A stretch of DNA of 64,000 nucleotides from NCBI GenBank assembly GCA_050010115.1, contig JBEKLQ010000002.1, positions 46,741 through 110,740 on the forward strand, in the 5' to 3' direction. The notes beneath the pieces are model-generated. The model had not been told where the DNA came from. It made no database searches and worked only from the letters and a program-made list of their open reading frames with translations. The stretch is from Acidimicrobiales bacterium. GTDB taxonomy: Bacteria > Actinomycetota > Acidimicrobiia > Acidimicrobiales > Bog-793. Shown here in pieces: positions 7,645-14,680 of the stretch (position 1 is its first letter; every line of letters begins with the position of its first letter). The translations under genes were made by a program, and so were the position numbers.

Positions 7645-8783
7645 ATCATCCCGTTCGGGTCCGACGAGGCGACCACGCCCGTCGCGAGGCGCCCGTCTGC
7701 GAGCCAGCGGAGGGGCATGTCCGCGCCGACACACAGCGACGGGCCGGCGACAGTCACCATCGCCGACTCGACGAGTTCCCACAGCGTGGAGAGCGGTGTC
7801 CCCGTCCGGGGATCGGCCGGCACCACGTGCGCGTTGGTGACCGGGATGCCCACGGACTCGTCGATGTACCAGCTGGGGTGCGATGCGAAGATTGGACCCG
7901 TCTCCGGGAGGCCGAAGACGGTCAGCGCAGGACACTCGAGCGTCCTTCCCACGCGTCGCCGGTGCTCGGAGTCGAACGGTCCGCCGACCGTCAGCACCGA
8001 TGCGCCCAAGTTTCCACGAAGTGCCTTCACTTCGCGCTTTGCCTCGTGCGTCCACGCCAGCGCGTCTGCGAGATCCGCGTACAACCAGGACGCTGACTCT
8101 CGCCGTGCGGATTCGAGCGAGCCGGGACCGGGCTCGGTCACGACCAGCGAGAGCCCGGCAAGGAGTGGCACAACGACGCCGTAGATCCCCTGCCAGGTCG
8201 AGAGCGGGAGGGCGGTGACGAAGGCACCTCCCCCGGCGGCCTGCAGCCCGAGGAAGGAACCAAGCGATATGCCGCCCGCGACGAGCGAGCGCTGGGAGAG
8301 CCACACCGTGCCGGTTGCTCCCGGTACTGCGACCGCAGCCCGGGTCAGCGCGCCGCCGCCGTTCAGTTGCTCGCCTCCGCCTCCGCCTCCGCCGTTGCCG
8401 GCCGCGTCGCTCGGCGCCGGCCGTTCAGCGCCGGCACCTCCGACCCGGACCGGCACCCCGGCAGCGAGACCCACGAGGAGCTCTACGGCCCCCTCCTCCG
8501 ATGTCGCCGCCCCGAGATCGACCCGGCCCCGCTCGCGGGCTGCGCCGGTCCGGGAGATCACCTCTGCCGACAGGGCACGCCAGGTCCAGCGCGACGCTCC
8601 GCAGACAAGCGCCACCGAGTCAGGAGTCCGCCTCGCCCACCGTGCGACCGTCAGCTCGTCGACGCGAAATGGCGGCACGCCGACGACACGGGGAACGCCC
8701 GCGGGCCAGTACCAAGACGGCGTGATCGCTATCGTCTTCGCCACGGGCTGGTACCCCCTTGGACGTCCGTCACAACAAGCCAC
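7626..8783 (-). CDS. Truncated or degenerate adenylate-forming (AMP-binding) domain protein
   Basis: Layout resembles the acyl-CoA ligase N-domain (…WTWRALSAEV…, …FGLPETGPIF…, …DGRLATGVVASSDPNGMIYLVPS*). The TSGTTG P-loop is replaced by VPGATGTVW, there is a G7 insertion, and the ORF ends where the C-terminal subdomain should begin. An alternative GTG start is at 8744. Confidence 0.55.
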   Translation of the reverse strand: MACCDGRPRGYQPVAKTIAITPSWYWPAGVPRVVGVPPFRVDELTVARWARRTPDSVALVCGASRWTWRALSAEVISRTGAARERGRVDLGAATSEEGAVELLVGLAAGVPVRVGGAGAERPAPSDAAGNGGGGGGGEQLNGGGALTRAAVAVPGATGTVWLSQRSLVAGGISLGSFLGLQAAGGGAFVTALPLSTWQGIYGVVVPLLAGLSLVVTEPGPGSLESARRESASWLYADLADALAWTHEAKREVKALRGNLGASVLTVGGPFDSEHRRRVGRTLECPALTVFGLPETGPIFASHPSWYIDESVGIPVTNAHVVPADPRTGTPLSTLWELVESAMVTVAGPSLCVGADMPLRWLADGRLATGVVASSDPNGMIYLVPS

Positions 8784-9261
8784 CTGACGGCAGCGACACA
8801 GTCAGCAACACCGCCACCAGCGCGACGGCGATGTCGGCTCTCAGCAGCACGTCCATCCGCCGGATCGCACGGCGCGTCCGTTGGCGGGCGGCCGCCAGCT
8901 CCGCGCCGGAGAGACTCGCGTCGTGACGCAGGTGCAACGCCGGGTGGGCGAGCCACGCCATCGTCATGACACCGAGGGCGAGCAAGGCCCAGCAAGCGGC
9001 ACAAGCCCAGGCAGTGCGACCGTAGGCGGACGAGAGCGTGAAGCGTGACCGGGGTAGCACCAGAGCCGACGCCCCACCGGCCACAGCCAACGACGCGAGC
9101 GCGATCCACCGGTACCGCCGCCCCATTCTCTGGCACACGACGTTCACTTGCCCGGGAGGGAGGTAGCGCTGCACGGGACGCCAAACGAGCTCCATCGCCA
9201 CACTGCCCCCGAGGTAGAGAGCCCAGGCCAGCATGAAGGCGAAGCCGAGGACGACGCGCAT
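8770..9261 (-). CDS. 4-TM membrane protein, paralog B (unknown function)
   Basis: Internal ATG at 9261 (MRVVLGFAFMLAWALYLGGSVAMELVWRP…). It is a paralog of the upstream ORF, sharing the motif Y(L/V)GGSVAME(L/F)V(W/L)RP. A 1-nt TGATG junction links it to that ORF. Confidence 0.7.
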   Translation of the reverse strand: MRVVLGFAFMLAWALYLGGSVAMELVWRPVQRYLPPGQVNVVCQRMGRRYRWIALASLAVAGGASALVLPRSRFTLSSAYGRTAWACAACWALLALGVMTMAWLAHPALHLRHDASLSGAELAAARQRTRRAIRRMDVLLRADIAVALVAVLLTVSLPSGGLL

Positions 9262-9794
9262 CAAAGAAGCCCCCCGCCGTAAGCCAAGGACGCCCCGAGC
9301 AGCACGATGAACACCGCGATGACGAGATCGACCCTGGTAATGAGCGACACCCGGTTTGCCGCCGCCCGCATGACCTCGAGCCGCTCGGCCACGCCAGCTC
9401 CTCCTGCGGGGGCGCTCGCCCGTCGAGCGAGCCGCGGCCGCAGGACGAACGTGATGATGGCGCCGTTCACCACGAGCACGGCCCACAGGACGATCATGCC
9501 GAGGAGGGTTTGCCCGTAGCTGGTGGTGAGGAACTTCATGCCGCGCAAGCTGTCCTGATCCGACAAGGAGAAGAACAGGAGCAGCCCGCTGATCGGGAAC
9601 AGCGCCAGCGCTCCCCACACCAGGACCAGGAAGCGGTCGGCGGAGCGTTGGCCGATGACTTGCGCTTGGGAGGGGGGAACGTAGGACTGGGCCGGCCGGA
9701 GTACGAATTCCATGGCAACCGACCCTCCCACGTACACGGCGACGGCGAGGAGATGGAGGTACGAGGCGAAGATCTGCATAGCGCTCGAGGTCAT
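9261..9794 (-). CDS. 4-TM membrane protein, paralog A (unknown function)
   Basis: 177 aa with four hydrophobic helices. ATGA overlap (9791-9794) with the upstream gene. Confidence 0.75.
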   Translation of the reverse strand: MTSSAMQIFASYLHLLAVAVYVGGSVAMEFVLRPAQSYVPPSQAQVIGQRSADRFLVLVWGALALFPISGLLLFFSLSDQDSLRGMKFLTTSYGQTLLGMIVLWAVLVVNGAIITFVLRPRLARRASAPAGGAGVAERLEVMRAAANRVSLITRVDLVIAVFIVLLGASLAYGGGLL

Positions 9795-11254
9795 CGTGCG
9801 GCCTCCGTGGGATCGGGCTCTCCGGGATGCCAGACGGGGAAGTGGGCGTCGATCGCCGGCGTGATCGGATAGGCGCCGCCGTCAGTTGCGTAGAACTGTC
9901 GGTAGTAAGCGGGATCGGCGTGGTGGACCTGAGCCGAGAACTTGGCGCGGACCGGGCTCACGTACGCCGGGCAGCAGCCGTATCGATCGACGATGTACTC
10001 GACCGTGCGGATCGCCGCCGCCTCGGTGCGGTCGGAGATGTACGAACGCGGGTTCTCGAGGAGCTCCCGACGGGTCGCCTCATTGAAAGGGCCGGCAGCC
10101 CCGTCGCCCCGGCTGAGCGGGGCACCGGGCTGGTAGCGGAGCTCCTTCACATACCCGATCGCGTCGGCCGCCGTCGGGAACCGGGGGGACGGGACGACGA
10201 CCGGCTCCAGGATCCCAGGGAGGCCGAGGCAAGTGACGGTGCGGGAGGGGTTACGGGTGGGATCCCGCTCGAGGAAGGCAAAACCTAAGCCGCTCGCGAC
10301 CTCCGGGTAGGCGCCGAGGAGGAGGTCATCGGCGTACGAGCCGACCGGCCAAGCCCCGAGCCCGAGCGCCTCGGCAGCGAGGCGCACGTTCTGGACGACG
10401 CAGCCGACCTGTCCGGCGTGGAGGAGCACGGCGAGCTCGTCGAACACTGGGATCGGGAAGCCGGCTTCGAGAAACCCCGGCCCGATGAACTCTTCGCACC
10501 CCGCCGGCTTCTCCGCGTCCATCAGGTAGAAGCCTGACCACTCATACGACGTGAGCAACAGGTTGAACCACTCGAGTCCGACGTCTCCGACGGGGAGGAA
10601 CCACGTACTCCCCGGCCGGTTCAGGTTGTACTGCCCTGGACCGAGCGGGTTGACGTTGTGAGTCCCCTCGGGCGCGCTGAACCACCCGACGTCCGGACGG
10701 TGTTCGCTGAGCCGCGTCCGGCCGCGACGGTACCAGTCGAGGATCTTCCAGTAGTCGCCGGTGCCGGCGATCTCGACGGGCACCGGGCTCTCCCGTACCG
10801 GCCGGTAGAGCCAGGTACCGCCGTCGTTGATCAGGAAGAGGTCAACCGAGCGATCGTTGGAGGAAGACGGAATCGTCCGGCCCGCCGACGACAGCAAGCT
10901 GGATAGGGCGCCGTGGACGGGGATGTCCGCCAGCACGATGCCATTCGGGCCGAGAGCGGCCCAGGCCACGAGCGCCTCTTCCACCTCCGACAGCGGAACC
11001 GGCAGGGACTGGGAGGCGTATGCGAGCGGGCCCTCCGGCTGGACGACACTGCGCCCGCTCGACCATTCGAATGTCTCAGCCATCCCGGTCTCCGAGCGGT
11101 AGCCGAGCCCCATGCGCCGTGTCCGCAGCGTTGAGAGCACGCTGAACAGCGGCGGCGTGGCCTCGAAAGCTCGGGCGATCTGCGCCTGCTCGGCGGCCGT
11201 GATGCCCGCGACACCTCGTTGGTCGGCGGCGGGTGGCTGATACGTGTCGGTCAT
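9791..11254 (-). CDS. Large nitroreductase-superfamily-like protein (possibly SagB/ThcOx-like), partner of the orphan Mo subunit
   Basis: 487 aa. The segment …LLHAGQVGCVVQNVRLAAEALGLGAWPVGSYADDLL… resembles the conserved nitroreductase-fold helix-strand motif, and the N-terminus has …LRTRRMGLGY…. ATGA overlap with the alpha2 stop (11251-11254). The family assignment is tentative. Confidence 0.55.
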   Translation of the reverse strand: MTDTYQPPAADQRGVAGITAAEQAQIARAFEATPPLFSVLSTLRTRRMGLGYRSETGMAETFEWSSGRSVVQPEGPLAYASQSLPVPLSEVEEALVAWAALGPNGIVLADIPVHGALSSLLSSAGRTIPSSSNDRSVDLFLINDGGTWLYRPVRESPVPVEIAGTGDYWKILDWYRRGRTRLSEHRPDVGWFSAPEGTHNVNPLGPGQYNLNRPGSTWFLPVGDVGLEWFNLLLTSYEWSGFYLMDAEKPAGCEEFIGPGFLEAGFPIPVFDELAVLLHAGQVGCVVQNVRLAAEALGLGAWPVGSYADDLLLGAYPEVASGLGFAFLERDPTRNPSRTVTCLGLPGILEPVVVPSPRFPTAADAIGYVKELRYQPGAPLSRGDGAAGPFNEATRRELLENPRSYISDRTEAAAIRTVEYIVDRYGCCPAYVSPVRAKFSAQVHHADPAYYRQFYATDGGAYPITPAIDAHFPVWHPGEPDPTEAAR

Positions 11255-14034
11255 CTGCGCCTCCGCTCGACATCGACGAGGACGGCTCGATCACTCGGGA
11301 CGGGCTGCCAGCCGAAGGGCAGATACCGCAGGTGCCCGTACCGCCCGACGAGGTGCAGCCACTTGACGAGCCCTGGCTCGATTTCGTTCGACCCACGCCA
11401 TCCGGCGAACATGTGGGGTTCGAACCCGTTGTAGGAGATCACCTGGCCGGGCCTGACGCGTCCGGCCAGCCGCGCCATCGCCCGGAATTCGCCGTGATCG
11501 TTGAAGACGCGGATCTCGTCGCCGTCGGCGATCCCCCGCCGGCCGGCGTCGGCAAGGTTGAGGATCACGAGGGGCTGGCCTCGGTGCGTCTCGAGCAGGG
11601 CCCGATTACCCATGCTCACTGAATGGATCGTCCAGCGCGAGTGGCCACTCGTGAATACGAGGGGGTAGTCACCGCCCGCTTTCGGCGGCTCCTTGTGCCG
11701 CGGAAGCGCCTCGTCCGCCTCGAGGAACCATGGGTGGTCGATGTAGAACTGGGCCCGGCGGGTCAGCGTAGGGAACGGCACGCCCCGCTCGGCGTGCCAC
11801 TGGTACGCCGTGAGCACCTTCGAGGGCGAGACGTCGGTCGCGACCGACAGACCCGGCGCGAACGCCCCGAGCCCGGTGCTGCGGACGGTACCGGTCGCCT
11901 TCAAGGTGTCCACGGTGGTACCGGGCGGGAGGGTGCCTGCCTCGACGGAGTCGCGCACCCACTCGTCGACGACCGCTTCCTCCTCGACGAACGCCCCTGC
12001 CGCCGTGTACGCATCCGCCAACCGGTCGAGCCGGCGGGTCTGGCGGCGGCCGTCCAGATACTCTGTCTGGCCCCGCTCGGCGGCGAGGCGCTCCACCCGC
12101 TCGCTGAGACGCCGGAAGATCTCCCACTCCGATTTGGACTCGCCTCTCGGCGGGACGGCGGCGTCGGAGAACCCGATGTGGAACGTGTGGGTTATGGCGT
12201 ACTGCAGGTTCGTGCGCTCGTACTGCATCACCGCGGGCAGCACGAGATCCGCATGGAGCGCGGTCGAGGACATTCGCGAGTCGATCACGATCACCTTGTC
12301 GAGCTTCGGCCACAGCTCGCGCAGCAGCGTGGAGCTGCCACCCCGGGTCCGGCGGATCGGGTTCGAACCGACAGCGAAGAACACCTGCGGCTCGACGGAG
12401 GACCCTGGCCGCGTCAGACCTCCCCACCAGCCGCGCTGCACGGCCTCGGTGAGGTACTCGTCGAAGGTGCGCCGCATCGTCGGCTCGGCCCACTCGGCCC
12501 GGTTCCACGCTTCCCGGTAGCCCCCGTGGTGGTAGTTGAAGAAGACCGGAGGAGTCGAGGTGCCACTCGCTACAGCCATCTGTAGGAGTTGGTTCCCCGC
12601 GATCTCGTCGGTGGCGTCCGGATCCCTATCCTTCACCGACGCGACGGCAGCCTCGATACCGTCGAGGAGCCTGGCCGTCTCTTCGATCCCTCCCTTGGAC
12701 TTCATGCCGAAGAGGAGGTAGCCGTCGAGTCCGGCGAGGGCGAGCCCTTGGATGCCGGTACCGGGACGGCCCCAGTTCCCCGAGAGCGCGAGGAGCAGGC
12801 ACATCGCCCGCTCCATCAGGTCGCCGTGGAAGTACTTCGGGGTATTGAAGCCTTCGAGGATCTTCGTCGGCCGGGATGCGACCAACCGGGCGACATGGCG
12901 GATCGTGTCTGGGGCGACGCCGCAGACCTCAGCCGCGCGTTCGGGCGTGTACTCCTCGAGCCTCCGGGCCAGGAGCTCGAAGACCGTCGTGACCTCGGCT
13001 TCGGAGCCGTCGACGAGCGTGACAGTCCAGGTACCGCGCAACTCCGGGCTCTGATCGATCGCCAGGCTGTCGCGGCGCGCCGGCACGAGCCCGGCACCGT
13101 CCAAGTAGTGGTAGAAGCGGTCCTCACGCTCGTCGGCGACGACGTCGTTCCCGCGGAGGAACCGCCCGGTGGCCGTCTGCACGAGCAGCGGTAGGTCGGT
13201 CTGGCTCACGACAAAACGCTCGTCCATCAGTCCCTCGTCGACGATCGTCTTGCACATCGCAAGGGCGAGAGCGGCGTCAGTGCCCGGGCGGACCGGGACG
13301 TACAGGTCCGAGAACACCGCCGAGGCGTTGACGTCCGGGGCGATCGCGACCACAGTGGCGCCGTGGTAGCGGGCCTCGCTCACGTAGTGGAAGTAAGGGA
13401 TCGACGTATAGGCGGGGTTCGAGTGCCAGAGCAGGAGCAGGCCGGCGTGGAATGTGTCGTCGACAGTGCTGGCGCACGAGAACTTTCCGAACGTGATGTG
13501 CTGACCGGTGGGCAGATCGTTGACGAGGCCGTTGGCATCGAGTGTGACGGCACCGATCAAGCCCGCGAACCGCATGAACGCTGCCTGCGTCATGAGGCCG
13601 CCCTCGACGGTCTCCTCGAAGATGATCGACTCCGGCCCTTCGAAGTCGATCGCGTCGAGCAACGCCTCAGCCACCTCCGTGAGCGCCTCGTCCCACGAGA
13701 TGATCTCCCAGGACCCGCTGCCCCGCTCGCCGACTCGCCGGAGCGGCTGCAGAACGCGGTCCTCGCCGGTCAGCTGGAGTGAGTAGGCGCTGCCCTTCTG
13801 GCACCCGAGCGGGTTCAGGTCGGGCACGCCCTGCTCGATGATGTCGAACACCCCACCCTGCTCCTCGAACAGCACGTCGCCGTCGCGGACGAAGACACGG
13901 TACGGGCAGGCAGCAAGACAGTTCAGGCAGTGCGTCCCCCAGGCCACGCGGTCCCAGGTCCAGCGTCGGCGGTAGCCGTCCTCTGTCGACGTCGCTTTGG
14001 GTGTCGCAGTCGCAGTCGCTGTCCCTATACCCAT
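11251..14034 (-). CDS. Molybdopterin (Mo-bisPGD) oxidoreductase alpha-subunit paralog (alpha2), orphan, no Tat signal
   Basis: Clear paralog of 3647-6466, sharing RWTWDRVAWGTHC, YRVFVRDG, RRVGERGSG, ISWDEA, RRAQFYIDHPW and PGQVISYNG. FS0 motif HCLNCLAAC…NPLGC. No adjacent beta, gamma or delta genes. Confidence 0.9.
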   Translation of the reverse strand: MGIGTATATATPKATSTEDGYRRRWTWDRVAWGTHCLNCLAACPYRVFVRDGDVLFEEQGGVFDIIEQGVPDLNPLGCQKGSAYSLQLTGEDRVLQPLRRVGERGSGSWEIISWDEALTEVAEALLDAIDFEGPESIIFEETVEGGLMTQAAFMRFAGLIGAVTLDANGLVNDLPTGQHITFGKFSCASTVDDTFHAGLLLLWHSNPAYTSIPYFHYVSEARYHGATVVAIAPDVNASAVFSDLYVPVRPGTDAALALAMCKTIVDEGLMDERFVVSQTDLPLLVQTATGRFLRGNDVVADEREDRFYHYLDGAGLVPARRDSLAIDQSPELRGTWTVTLVDGSEAEVTTVFELLARRLEEYTPERAAEVCGVAPDTIRHVARLVASRPTKILEGFNTPKYFHGDLMERAMCLLLALSGNWGRPGTGIQGLALAGLDGYLLFGMKSKGGIEETARLLDGIEAAVASVKDRDPDATDEIAGNQLLQMAVASGTSTPPVFFNYHHGGYREAWNRAEWAEPTMRRTFDEYLTEAVQRGWWGGLTRPGSSVEPQVFFAVGSNPIRRTRGGSSTLLRELWPKLDKVIVIDSRMSSTALHADLVLPAVMQYERTNLQYAITHTFHIGFSDAAVPPRGESKSEWEIFRRLSERVERLAAERGQTEYLDGRRQTRRLDRLADAYTAAGAFVEEEAVVDEWVRDSVEAGTLPPGTTVDTLKATGTVRSTGLGAFAPGLSVATDVSPSKVLTAYQWHAERGVPFPTLTRRAQFYIDHPWFLEADEALPRHKEPPKAGGDYPLVFTSGHSRWTIHSVSMGNRALLETHRGQPLVILNLADAGRRGIADGDEIRVFNDHGEFRAMARLAGRVRPGQVISYNGFEPHMFAGWRGSNEIEPGLVKWLHLVGRYGHLRYLPFGWQPVPSDRAVLVDVERRRR

Positions 14035-14068
14035 GGCTCCCCCTGCTGGGCGACGTGCCAGGTAAAAA

Positions 14069-14097
14069 ATCCTAGTTATTCATGCGAGAGTTGTAAA
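14069..14097 (-). promoter_or_regulatory. Candidate internal promoter in an AT-rich island: -35 TTTACA (14092-14097), 17-nt spacer, -10 TAGGAT (14069-14074)
   Basis: Minus strand reads TTTACA-actctcgcatgaataac-TAGGAT, about 35 nt upstream of the alpha2 ATG (14034). It overlaps the last codons and stop (14072-14074) of the upstream ORF. It is a conspicuously AT-rich patch in GC-rich DNA. Confidence 0.45.
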
Positions 14098-14680
14098 TAA
14101 ATAGCTCGAGCGGGCGACGGGGCATCCGGGAAGACCATGCTCGGGCAGAGCACGCCGCTGCAACAAGGCCTGTCGTGAGCAAGGCGACGAGCATGACTCG
14201 CTGTCGGCGGCGGGCGGCGTCCTCCCCGACCGCCGGCGCCGTGAGGAGGAAGCCAGCGGCCGCGAGCCGCCCCGGATGCCCGTGCGGCTCGATGCTCACG
14301 CCACCCGCCCGCCATGAAGCGAGCGGCGACTGCTGCCCGCTGCACACGTGAGCGAGCTCGAGCCACTCCCCGGCCATGCCGGGAACGGCCGCACCGGGCT
14401 CATCGTCCTCCCCGCCAGCACGGTCAGCACCGCCAGCGCGGTCAGCACCGCCAGCGCGGTCGGCGACCTTGAGCGAACGGCCGAGGAACGAGACCGTCAC
14501 CGACAAGTCATGATCGGATGCGGTCAGGCCCACGTCGCCCCTGGTCCTGGACGCGACCATGGCCCGGGCCTTCGAGTCGGCGAGGTTCTGCCGCAGGAGA
14601 TCCGCGACCATGGCGGCGAGCCCGGACGCCTGTTCGCCTCCCTCGACGGTGACCGCCGGCGTCAGATGCGGCGCCACCAC
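14072..14680 (-). CDS. SCP2-like sterol/lipid-carrier domain protein with internal (ADRAGG)3 repeat and C-terminal hydrophobic tail
   Basis: SCP2-like pattern: …GLAAMVADLLRQNLADSKARAMV…GDVGLTASDHDLSVTVSFLGRSLKVAD…GMAGEWLELAHVCSGQQSPLASWRAGGVSIE. The C-terminus carries VMLVALLTTGLVAAACSA. The start is uncertain (GTG at 14680 or ATG at 14611). The rest of the 501-aa track ORF is an antisense shadow of the next gene. Confidence 0.5.
   Translation of the reverse strand: MVAPHLTPAVTVEGGEQASGLAAMVADLLRQNLADSKARAMVASRTRGDVGLTASDHDLSVTVSFLGRSLKVADRAGGADRAGGADRAGGEDDEPGAAVPGMAGEWLELAHVCSGQQSPLASWRAGGVSIEPHGHPGRLAAAGFLLTAPAVGEDAARRRQRVMLVALLTTGLVAAACSARAWSSRMPRRPLELFIYNSRMNN
14415..14468. repeat. 18-bp tandem repeat, about 3 copies (ccagc[a/g]cggtcagcaccg)
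   Basis: Direct reading: units at 14415-14432, 14433-14450 and 14451-14468 (the third is diverged). It encodes ADRAGG x3 on the minus strand. Confidence 0.85.

Noticed and set aside
3647-14034. The Mo-bisPGD alpha subunits as selenocysteine-containing formate dehydrogenases.
   Set aside because: Both ORFs are uninterrupted with no in-frame TGA. The N-terminal H/C-x-C motifs, the beta, gamma and delta partners, and the C-terminal motifs fit the NarG/EbdA-type clade better than FdhA.
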